DNA from: Squalus acanthias
Taxonomy: Eukaryota
NCBI GenBank assembly: GCA_030390025.1
Contig: JASTWF010000180.1
Coordinates: forward strand, 434,001-498,000
DNA: 64,000 bases
Direction: 5' to 3'
Both the position numbers and the translations under genes were made by a program. The notes beneath the pieces are model-generated. The model did no database searches. It saw only the letters and a list, made by a program, of their open reading frames with translations, and was not told where the DNA came from. Each line of letters opens with the position of its first letter. Position 1 is the stretch's first letter. Of the stretch, positions 1 to 10,600 are shown in pieces.

Positions 1-28
1 AGGTCAGACCCAGACTTGTACAAAAACA
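1..28 (+). other. Partial 23-RSS (3' part of spacer + nonamer ACAAAAACA at 20-28) of a V segment lying just upstream of the window
   Basis: aggtcagacccagacttgt-acaaaaaca is identical to the spacer/nonamer that follows the V segments in the window. Confidence 0.9.
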
Positions 29-94
29 GAAAAGAGGAAATGCAGCAGTTTCCGCCATCATCAAACACCAATAAATCCACTGTTGACAGCAGTT

Positions 95-3000
95 CATAGA
101 AACAAAAAACTATACAGCACAGAAAGGGGCCATTAGGCCCATAATGCCTGTGCTGGCTAATTCAAAAAGCTATTCAATTAGTCCCACTCTCCTACAATTT
201 CCCCATTGCCCTGAAATTTTTTCTTTTTCGAGTATTTATCTAAGACCCTTTTGAAATTTATTATTGAATGTTGTTCCTCTAGTCTTTCAGGCAGTGGATT
301 CCAGACCATAACAACTCGCTGCGTAATCGTTTTATCCTCAAGTCGCCTCTGGTTCTGTTGCCAATTGCATTATCTCTGTGTCCTTCACCTGAAACAATTT
401 AACTCTGTTTTTCTCTCCACCGATGCTGCCTGACCTGCTGAGCATTTCCAGCATTTTCTGTTTTTGTTTCAGGTTTCCAGCATCCGCTGTATTTTGCTTT
501 TGTTTCCATGTTTTTGTACTCTATGCCTCTACTTATAAAGGCAACGATCCAGATTTACTTTACAACAGCCTTTTCGAATTGTCCTACCACGTTCAAAGAC
601 GGGTGTAGGTATACCCTGTTCCAGCACTCCGTTTAACAATGTGCCAAATAGTTTATTTTGCCTCTCCTCATTCTTCCGACCAAAATGAATCACCTCAAAC
701 TTCTCTGCATTAAATTTCCTCTGCCGTGTATCTGGCCATTTGATCAATCTGTCTATATCGTCCTGAGCTGTGTTACTATTCCCCTCACTGTTCACTAGAT
801 TTCCTAGTTTCGTGTTATCTGAAAACATTGAAAGTATGCCCCTTACACACAAGTCCAGGGTATTACTATAAAGATCAAAAAGAGCAGTGGCCCCAACACC
901 GAGCACTGGAGGACACCACTGCACACTTCCTTCCAGTCAGAATATCAACCGTTCACCACTATTCTGCGTTCTACCCCTCAGCTAACTTCGTGTTCCCGCA
1001 GCGAAAGCCCCTTTAATCCCATGTGCTGCAATTTTGCTAACAAGTCTATCATGGGGTATTTTATCAAACGCCAATGGAAAATCAATGCACACAACATGAA
1101 ACGCACTACCTTCATCCACCCTCTGTTACTTTATTAAAAAAACTGGAACAAGTTAGTCAAACACAAATGTTATTTTATTTTTCGTTCATGGGATGTGGCA
1201 AGGCCAGCATTTATTGGCCATCCCTAGTTGCCCTTGAGAAGGCGGTAGTCAGCCGCCTCCTTGAACCGCTGCAGTCGGTGTGCTGAAGGTACTCGCACAG
1301 TGCTGTTAGGGAGGGTGTTCCAAGATTTTGACACAGCGACGATTAAGGATTGGCGATGTACTTGTAAGTCAGGAAGGTGTGTGACTTCGAGGTGAACTTG
1401 GAGGTGCTGGTGTTCCCTTGCGACTGCTGCGCTTGTCCTTCTAGGTGGTAGATGGGTTTTGGGAGGTGCTGCCGAAGTAGCCTTGGTGAGTTGCTGCAGT
1501 TCATCTTGTAGATGGTACGCACGACAGCCACGTTGCGCCGGTGGTGGAGGGAGTGAATGTTTAAGGTGTTGGATGGGGTGCCGATCCAGCGGGCTGCTTT
1601 GTCCTGGATGGTGTCGAGTTTCTTGAGTGTTGTTGGAGCTGAACTGATCCAGTAAAGTGGAGAGTATTCCATCACACTCCTTACTTGTGATTTGTAGATG
1701 GTAGAAAGGCTTTGGGGCGTCAGGAGGTGAGACACTCGCCGCCAAATACCCTGCCTCTGACCTGCTCTTGTGGCCACAGAATTTATGTGGCTGATCCAGT
1801 TAAGTTTCTGGTCAATGGTGATCCCCAGGATGTTGATGGTGGGGGATTCGGCGATGGTAATGCCGTTGAATGTCAAGGAGAGGTGATTAGACTCTCGCTT
1901 GTTGGAGTTAGTCATTGCCAATGTTAACTACCACTTATCAGCCCAAACCTGAACATAAGAACATAAGAACATAAGAAATAGCAGCAGGAGTAGGCCATTC
2001 CGCCCTTCGAACCTGCTCTGCCATTCAATGAGATAATGGCTGATCTTCTGCCTCAACTCCATTCACCAGCCCTATCACCATATCCCTTGATGCCCTTACG
2101 AGTCAGAAAACTATCGACTTATGTTTTTAATATACCCAACGACTGAGCCTCCACAGACCTCTGGGGTAGAGAATTCTAAACATTCACCAACCTCTGTGTG
2201 AAAAAATGTCATCTCATCTCAGTCCTGAATGGCATACCCTTTATCCTGAGGCTGTGGCCCCTGGTTCTAGACTTCCCAGCCAAGGGAAACATTCCCCCAG
2301 CATTCACCCTATCAAGCTCTGTAACAATTGTGTATGCTTCAATGAGATCCCCTCTCATTCTTCTGAATTCAAGAGAATACAGGCCTAGTTTACTCAATCT
2401 CTTCTCATACGACAGTCCATCCATCCCAGGAATCAATCTCGTGAACCTTCGTTGTACGCCCTCTGTGCCAAGTATATCCTTCGTTAGGTAAGGAGACTAA
2501 AATTGTACACAGTACACCAGGTGTGGTCTCACAAAGGCCCTATATAATTGGAGTAAGACTTCTTTACTCCTATACTCAAATCCTCTTCCAATGAAGGCCA
2601 GCATACCATTTGCCTTCCTGATGGCTTGCTGCACCAGCACTTTCACTTTCATTGACTCATGTACAAGGACACGCAGTACCCTTTGAGCATCTGCATTTCC
2701 CAATCTTTCATCATTTAGGAAATACTCTGCCTTTCTGTTTTTTCTACCAAAGTGGATAACTTCACATTTATCCACATTATATTCTATCTGCTATGTTATC
2801 GCCCACTCCCTGAGTCTTTCGAGATCCGCTTTAAACTTCTTCACATCCTCTTCGCAATTGACACTGCCACCTAGCTTTGTATCATCAACAAATTTGGAAA
2901 TGTTACATTTAGTTCCCTCTTCCAAATCATTGATATAGATTGTGAATAGTTGGGGCCCAAGCAGCGATCCTTGCGGTATCCCATTAGTCACAGCCTGCCA

Positions 3001-3324
3001 TCCTGAAGAAGACCCGTTTATCCCTACACTTTGTTTTCTGTCGGTTAACTAATTATCAATCCATGCTGGTATATTACCCCCAATTTTATGTGTCCTAATT
3101 TTGTTCACCATCCTCTTGTGTGGGACCTTATCGAAGGCCTTCTGAAAATCCAAATACACCACATCTACCGGTTCCCCTTTGTGTACTCCACTAGTCACAT
3201 CCTCAGAGAACTGCAATAGATTTGTTAAACAGGATTTCCCTTTCTAAATCCATGTTGACTCTGCCCAATCTTACTATTAATTCCTACGTGCCCAGTTATT
3301 GCATCCTTTATAATAGATTCCAGC
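95..3324 (-). mobile_element. Composite decayed retroelement spacer of the ~4.1-kb V repeat unit. Approximate parts: CR1 3' end (~95-380), CR1 RT fragment (~530-1140), second LINE family RT C-terminus (~1185-1950), CR1 3' 1.35 kb with (AACATAAG)n tail (~1952-3324)
   Basis: Minus-strand ORF remnants FSDNTKLG..KFEVIHFGRKN, ILGITIDQKLNW..QVRSVMEYS, GIPQGSLLGPQLF..FVDDTKLGG, LGLYSLEFRRMRGDLIE, with many stops and frameshifts. The same order recurs between all V segments. Internal boundaries are approximate. Confidence 0.85.
385..502 (+). mobile_element. Short Penelope-like 3' terminal remnant (present once per repeat unit)
   Basis: cctgaaac..ttaactctgtt..ctctccac.gatgctgcctgacctgctgagcatttccagcattttctg matches the reverse complement of the terminus of the Penelope insertion at 6698-6775. 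Confidence 0.65.
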
Positions 3325-3659
3325 GTCTATCTGAACGTCGTCCAGGTCTTGTTGGATGCGGGCATGGACTGCTTCATTATCTGAGGAGTTGTGACTGCCA
3401 CTCAACACTGTGCAGTCATCAGACCTACGTCAATAATGAGCCATTGTAAAGGCACAGTTTGTGTTTCGGTGGATGCTGTCACGTGATTGCAGTCGACGTC
3501 GATTGCATGCAACCAATAGCTGGCGACTTCAAACCCGCCCCTTCCTGTCTTTTGCATAAAGCCGCACAAGTGAGGTTCGGGATCCAACAATCCAGGAGCT
3601 GCGTTGCCGAGTGAGTGACTGAAGGAGCGGCTGCCTAATTGAGCCAAATGCCCAGAAGG
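3325..3659 (+). promoter_or_regulatory. Putative V promoter (homologous copy upstream of every V)
   Basis: Only non-TE DNA upstream of the leader. Contains ACGTCA (3427-3432), E-box CACGTG (3480-3485), palindromic GACGTC core, CCAAT (3513-3517), GC box CCCGCCCC (3534-3541), and octamer-like TTTTGCAT (3550-3557) overlapping CATAAA. Confidence 0.7.
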
Positions 3660-4129
3660 ATGATGTCGGCGATTTCTCTCGGCCTACTGCTTGTTTTCCT
3701 ATCCAGTGCGTAGCTATAACTGCTCCATATTGTTCCAATCTTTCGGTTTCGCTGTTAGTCCCTCTTGGGGGGCGTTACAGAGCTAGGAGTCACCACCATA
3801 ATTAATGCTTCTTTACTTTTATAGGTGTCCAGTCGGATGTGTTGTTGACTCAGCCAGAGGCAGAGACCAGGCGTCTCGGACAGTCCCTGAGACTGACCTG
3901 TAAAACCAGCGGATTCGACCTTGGCAGCTATCGGATGTACTGGTACCGACAAAGCCCCGGGAAGGGAATGGATTGGCTCGTTTGGTACTATAGTAAAGAC
4001 AACAAGCTGTACCATCAAGAAGTTAGAGAACGATTTACTGCTTCCAAAGACCTTTCAAACAATATCTTCGCTTTGGGTATCAAGGGATTGACACTGGGAG
4101 ACAGCGCCACTTATTATTGCGCACACAGT
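3660..4129 (+). CDS. IgH(M)-like V gene segment V1 (leader exon 3660-3705, V exon 3825-4129)
   Basis: Leader [23 protein letters not shown] phase-1 intron, open V exon with conserved Cys-Trp-Cys, CDR1 GSYRMY, CDR2 [10 protein letters not shown], followed by RSS. Confidence 0.95.
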
Positions 4130-4168
4130 CACAGTGATACAGGTCAGACCCAGACTTGTACAAAAACA
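4130..4168 (+). other. 23-RSS of V1
   Basis: CACAGTG + 23 nt + ACAAAAACA. Confidence 0.95.
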
Positions 4169-6697
4169 AAAAAGAGGAAATGCAGCAGTTTCCGCCATCA
4201 TCAAACACCAATAAATCCACTGTTGACAGCAGCTCATAGAAACAAAAAACTATACAGCACAGAATGGGGCCATTCGTCCCATAATGCCTGTGCTGGCTCA
4301 TTCAAAGAGCTTTTCAATTCGTCCCACTCTCCTACACTTTTCCCATTGACCTGTAAATATTTCTTTTTCGAGTATTTACCCAATTCCCTTTTGAAAGTTA
4401 TCATTGAATTTGGTTCCACCAGTCTTTCAGGCAGTGCATTCCAGACTATAACAACTCGCTGCGTAATATTTTTATCCTGAAGTCGCCTCTGGTTCTGTTG
4501 CCAATTGCCTCAACTCTGTGTCCTTCACCTGAAACAATTTAACTCTGTTTCTCTCTCCACAGATGCTGCCTGACCTGCTGAGCATTTCCAGCATTTTCTG
4601 TTTTAATTTCAGGTTTCCAGCATCCGCAGTATTTTGCTTTTGTTTCCATGTTTTTGTACTCTATGCCTCTACTTATAAAGGCAATGATCCATATTTACAT
4701 TACAACAGCCTTTTCGAATTGTCCTGCCACGTTCAAAGACGGGTGTAGGTATACCCTGTTCCAGCACCCCGTTTAAAATTGTACCAAATAGTTTATTTTG
4801 CCTCTCCTCATTGCTCCTACCTAAATTAATCACCTCAAACTACTCTGCATTAAATTTCCTCTGCCGTGTGTTTGGTCATTTCATCACTCTGTCGATATCG
4901 TCCTGAGCTGTGTTACTATCCTCTTTACTTTTCACTAGACTTCCGAGTTTCGTGTTAACTGAAAACATTGAAAGTATGCCCTTTACACACAAGTCCAGGG
5001 CATTACTATAAAGATCAAAAAGAGCTGTGGCCCCAACACCGAGCTCTGGAGGACACCACTGCACACTTCCGTCCAGTCAGAAAATCAACGGTTCAACACT
5101 ATTCTGCGTTCTGCCCCTCAGCTAACTTCGTGATCCCGCAGGAACTGCCCCTTTAATCCCATGGGCTTCAATTTTGCTAACAAGTCTATCATGGGGTATT
5201 TTATCAAACACCAATGGAAAATCAATGCACACAACATGAAACGCACTACCTTCATCCACCCTCTGTTACTTTATCAAAAAAACTGGAACAAGTTAATCAA
5301 ACGCAAATGTTGTTTTATTCTTCGTTCATGGGATGTGGCAAGGCCAGCATTTACTGGCCATCCCTAATTGCCCCTGAGAAGGCGGTGGTGAGCCGCCTCC
5401 TTGGACGGCTGCAGTCGGTGTGCTTTTAGAGAGGGAGTTCCAGGATTTTGACCCAGCGACGATGAAGGATTGGCGATATATTTGTAAGTCAGGAAGGTGT
5501 GTGACTTCGAGGGGAACTTGGAGGTGGTGGTGTTCCCGTGCGCCTGCTGCCCTTGTCCTTCTAGGTGGTAGATGTCCCGGGTTTGAGGGGTGGTGGCGAA
5601 GAAGTCTTGGTGAGTTGATGCAGTGCATCTTGTAGATGGTAAGCACTGCTGCCACGGTACGTCGGTGTGTGGACGGAGTGAATGTTTAAGGTGGTGGATG
5701 GGGTGCCAATCAAGTTGGCTGCTTTGTCCTGGCCGTTGTCGAGTGTCTTGTGTGTTGTTGTAGCTGCAGTGATCCAGGCAAGTGTAGAGTATTCCATCAC
5801 ACTCCTTACTTGTGCTGTGTAGATGGTGGAAAGGCTTTGGAGAGTCAGGAGGTGAGACACTCGCGGCAGAATACCCAGCCTCTGACCTGCTCTTGTTGCC
5901 ACTTTATTTATGTGACTGGTCCAGTTAAGTTTCTGGTAAATGGTGACCCCGCAGGATATTGATGGTGGTGGATTCAGTGATGGTGATGCATTTGAATGTC
6001 AAGGGGAAATGATTAGACTCTCGATTGTTGGAGATAGTCATTGCCTGGCAATTGTGTGGCGCCAATGTTAACTGCCACTTATCAGCCCAAACCTGAACAT
6101 AAAAACACAAGAACATAAGAAATAGGAGCAGGAGTAGGCCATTCGGCCCTTCTAGCCTGCTACGCCGTTCAATGAGATAATTTCTGATCTTCTGCCTTAA
6201 CTCCATTCACCAGCACTATCAGCATATCCGCTGATGCCCTTACTAGTCAGAAAACTATCGACTTCTGTTTTGAATATACCCAACGACTGAGCCTCTACAA
6301 CCCTCTGGTATAGAGAATTCCAAAGATTCACCAACATCTGTGTGAAAAAAAATCCTCTCCTCTCAGTCCAGAAGGGCCTACCCTTTATCCTGAGGCTGTG
6401 GCCCCTGGTCCTAGACTCCGCAGCCAAGGGAGTCATTCTCCCAGCATCCACCCTATCAAGCCCTGTAACAATTTAGTATGCTTCAATGAGATCCACTCTC
6501 ATTCTTCTGAATTCAAGAGAATACACGGCCTAGTGTACTCAATCTCTTCTCATACGACAGTCCATCCATCCCAGGAATCAATCTCGTGGAACTTCGTTGC
6601 ACGCCCTCTATGACAGGTATATCCTTCCTTAGGTAAGGAGAACAAAATTGTACACAGTACACCAGGTGTGGACTCAACAAGGCCCTATATAATTGGA

Positions 6698-7442
6698 AAT
6701 AACAACAGAAAACGCTGGAAAAACACAGCAGGCCAGGCAGCATCCGTGGAGAGAGAAAGAGAGTTAACGTTTCAGGTCGATGACCTTTCATCAGAACTGG
6801 GAAGAGCCGGAAATCAAATAGATTTAAGGCCAGGGTAAAGCTGGGAAAAAGGGGAGGGGATAAAGGAACAAAGGGGGAGATGTAGAGACATTAAGAGACA
6901 TTAAGAGATATGCAAGGCTAGAGGTGGTGTTAATGTGACAGATTAAGGCTGAATGAAGTGTGATATCCACTGGCAGAATGAAGGACAGCTGCCAGCTTCT
7001 AGGAGGAAAAAAAAAGGTGGGGGGGGACAAATAAAAGGGTGGATAAAATAAAATATAAATGTGATTGGAGCTGAGGTTATGATCTAAAATTGTTGAACTC
7101 GATATTGAATCCAGAGGGCTGTAGCGTGCCTAAACGAAAGATGAGGTGCTGTTCCTCGAGCTTACGCTGAGCTTCCGTGGAACAGTGTAATAGGCCGAGG
7201 ACGGTGAGGTCAGAGTGGGAGTGAAGCGGTGAATTAAAGTGACAGGCCACCGGGAGCTCGGGGTCCCCCTTACGGACTGAACGGAGGTGTTCCGCAAAGC
7301 GGTCACCCAATCTGCGTTTGGTCTCCCCAATGTAGAGGAGTCCACATCGTGAGCAGCGAATACAGTATACTAAATTGCAAGAAGTACAAGTAAATCGCTG
7401 TTTCACCTGGAAGGGGTGTTTGGGGCCCTGGACAGTGGGAAG
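6698..7442 (-). mobile_element. 5'-truncated Penelope-like retroelement (GIY-YIG endonuclease C-terminus + 3' terminal region) inserted in a CR1 remnant
   Basis: FTCTSCNLVYCIRCSRCGLLYIGETKRRLGDRFAEH...GFN motif set; 11-bp target-site duplication ATATAATTGGA at 6687-6697 and 7443-7453. Confidence 0.9.
6762..6798 (-). ncRNA. Minimal hammerhead ribozyme motif in the Penelope terminus
   Basis: Minus strand reads AGTT-CTGATGA-A-AGGTC-ATC-GACCT-GAAACGT-T-AACT: catalytic core, 5-bp stem II, palindromic ACGT stem III, 4-bp stem I. Confidence 0.8.
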
Positions 7443-7613
7443 ATATAATTGGAGTAAGACTTCTTTACTCCTGTACTCAAATCCTCTTGGAATGAAGGCC
7501 AGTATATCATTTGCCTTCCTAATGGCTTGCTGCTCCTGCACATTCACTTTCAGTGTCTCATGTACAAGGACACCCAGGACTCTTTGAGCATCTGCATTTC
7601 CCAATCTTTCATC

Positions 7614-10600
7614 TGCAAGTTAGCTGGAGGGGATGGCAGGGGAGGCAGTGAAATGTTCCTCCTGCAGAATGTTTGAGGTGATGGACGCCGTAGGTGTCCC
7701 TGCTGATTACACCTGTGGGAAGTGCACCCATCTCCAGCTCCTCGAAAACCGTGTTGGGGAACTGGAGCTGGAGCTGGATGAACTTCGGATCATTCGGGAG
7801 GCAGAGGAGGTCATAGATAGAAGCTTCAGGGATGTAATTACTCCAAAGCATGAAGATAGATGGGTGACGGTGAGAGGAGCTAGGAGGAAGCAGTCAGTGC
7901 AGGGATCCTCTGTGGTCGTTCCCCTCAGTAACAGGTATACCGCTTTGAATACTGTTGAGGGGGACGACTTACCAGTGGTAAGCCATGGTGACCGGATCTC
8001 CTGTGGCTCAGAAGGGAAGGGGGGAGAGCAGGAGAGCAATAGTTATTGGGGACTCAATAGTCAGAGGGACAGATAGGAGGTTCTGTGGCAGCAAAAGAGA
8101 CTCACGGATGGTATGTTGCCTCCCGGGTTCCAGGGTCCGTGACGTCTCGGACCGTGTTTTCAGAATCCTCAAAGGGGAGGGGGAACAATCACAAGTCGTG
8201 GTACACATCGGTACCAACGACATAGGTAGGAGAAGGGACGGGGATTTAAAACAGGAATTTAGGGAGCTAGGTTGGAAGCTGAGAGCCAGTACAAACCATG
8301 TTGTAATTTCTGGTTTGTTGCCGGTGCCACGTGCTAGCGAGTTGAGGAACAGGGAGAGAGTGCAGATAAACACGTGGCTGCAGGGATGGTGTAGCGGGGA
8401 GGGTTTCAGTTATGTGGATAATTGGAGCACATTCTGGGGAAGGTGGGACCTGTACAAACAGGACGGTTTGCACCTGAACCAGAGGGGCACCAATATCCTG
8501 GGAGGGAAATTTGCTACGGCTCTTCGGGGGATTTAAACTAATTTGTCAGGGGGATGGGAAAAAGGGCTGTAGTCCAGGAGCCAGTGGTGAGTGTAGGGAG
8601 GTACTGAGGAGGGTATCAAGGTCGCAGGAATGTACCGGCAGACAGGAAGATGGCTTGAAGTGTGTCTACTTCAATGCAAGGAGCATCCGGAATAAGATAG
8701 GAGAACTTGGAGCGTGGATTGGTACTTGGGACTACGATGTGGTGGCCATTACGGAGACATGGTTAGAACAGGGACAGGAATGGTTGTTGGAAGTTCCGGG
8801 GTATAGATGTTTCAGTAAGAGTAGGGAAGTTGGTAAGAAAGGTGGAGGAGTAGCATTGTTAATCAAGGATAGTTTAACAGCGGCAGAAAGGCAGTTCGAG
8901 GGGGATCTGCCGTCTGAGGTAATATGGGCTGAAGTTAGAAATAGGAAAGGAGCGGTCACGTTGTTAGGAGTTTTCTACAGGCCCCCAAATAGTAATAGAG
9001 ATGTGGAGGAAGAAATTGCAAAGCAGATTATGAATAGGTGTGGAGGTCACAGAGTAGTTGTCATGGGTGACTTCAACTTTCCAAATATTGATTGGAACCT
9101 TTATAGGTCAAACAGTTCGGATGGGATAGTTTTTGCACAGTGTGTGCAGGAGGGTTTCCTGACACAATATGTGGATAGGCCGACAAGAGCTGGGGCCACG
9201 TTGGATTTGGTACTGGGTAATGAACCGGGCCAAGTGTTTGATTTGTATGTGGGAGAGCACTTTGGAGATAGTGACCACAATTCGGTAACTTTCACTATTG
9301 CAATGGAGAGGGATAGGGCCATACGGCAGGGCAGGGTTTATAATTGGGGGAGGGGTAATTATGATGCGATTAGGCAAGAATTAGGGAGTATAAGATGGGA
9401 ACAGAAACTATCAGGGAAAGGCACAAACGAAAAGTGGAGCTTTTTCATGGAGCAATTACTGCGTGTCCTTGATAGGTATGTCCCTGTCAGGCAGGGAGGA
9501 AATGGCCGAGTGAGAGAACCATGGTTCACAAAAGAGGTTGAATGTCTAGTCAAGAGGAAAAAGGAAGCGTATGTAAGGATGAGAAAACAAGGTTCAGTTG
9601 GGTCGATTGAGGGGTACAAGGTAGCAAGGAATGAGCTAAAAAAAAGAGCTTAGGAGAGCTAGGAGGGGGCATGAGAAGTCCTTGGCGGGTCGGATCAAGA
9701 AAAACCCCAAGGCCTTTTACTCTTATGTGAGAAATAAAAGAATGACCAGGGTGAGGGTAGGGCCGGTCAAGGACAGTAGTGGGAACTTGTGCATGGAGTC
9801 AGAAGAGATAGGAGAGGTGATGAATGAATACTTTTCGTCAGTGTTCACCGAGGAGAGGGGCCATGTTCTTGAGGATGAGAGTGTGATAAAGGTGGATAGG
9901 CTGGAGGTGGTAGATGTTCTGAGGGAAGATGTTTTAGCAATTTTGAAGAACCTGAGGGTCGATAAGTCCCCTGGGCCAGATGGGATATATCCTAGGATTC
10001 TTTGGGAGGCAAGGGAGGAGATTGCAGAGCCTCTGGCTTTGATCTTTGGGTCCTCACTGTCCACGGGAATGGTGCCAGAGGACTGGAGAGTGGCGAATGT
10101 TGTTCCTCTCTTCAAGAAAGGAAATAGGAATGACCCTGGTAATTATAGGCCGGTTAGTCTTACTTCGGTGGTTGGTAAGATAATGGAAAAGGTCCTGAGG
10201 GATAGGATTTATGACCATTTGGAAAGGGGCAACTTAATCAGGGATAGTCAACACGGATTCGTGAAGGGTAAGTCTTGCCTAACAAATTTGATTGAATTCT
10301 TTGAGGAGGTAACTAAGTGTGTAGATGAAGGTAGAGCAGTTGATGTCGTATACATGGATTTTAGTAAGGTGTTTGATAAGGTTCCCCATGGTCGGCTCAT
10401 GAAGAAAGTAAGGAGTTGTGGGATAGAGGGAAATTTGGCCGTTTGGATAAGTAACTGGCTATCTCATAGAAGGCAGAGGGTGGTGGTGGATGGAACATTT
10501 TCGGACTGGAGACCAGTTACCAGCGGTGTGCCACAGGGGTCGGTGCTGGGTCCTCTGCTGTTTGTGATTTTCATCAATGACTTGGAGGAGGGGACTGAAG

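Noticed and set aside
1952-1980. Short AACATAAG repeats as a CRISPR-like or regulatory array
   Set aside because: No spacers; this is the microsatellite 3' tail typical of CR1 LINEs
4124-4130. Second heptamer-like CACAGTC in the V1 coding end (and CACAGAG in V7)
   Set aside because: Spacing to the nonamer is not 12 or 23, and the motif is absent from most other Vs
4130-4480. C-terminal extensions of V ORFs (up to 213 aa) as real protein domains
   Set aside because: They are read-through of the RSS and antisense CR1 3' end, vary in length between copies, and are removed by V(D)J recombination
7077-7604. 175-aa ORF fusing RT C-terminal sequence to a GIY-YIG nuclease as a novel gene
   Set aside because: Chance in-frame junction of a Penelope insertion (with TSD) into a dead CR1 fragment
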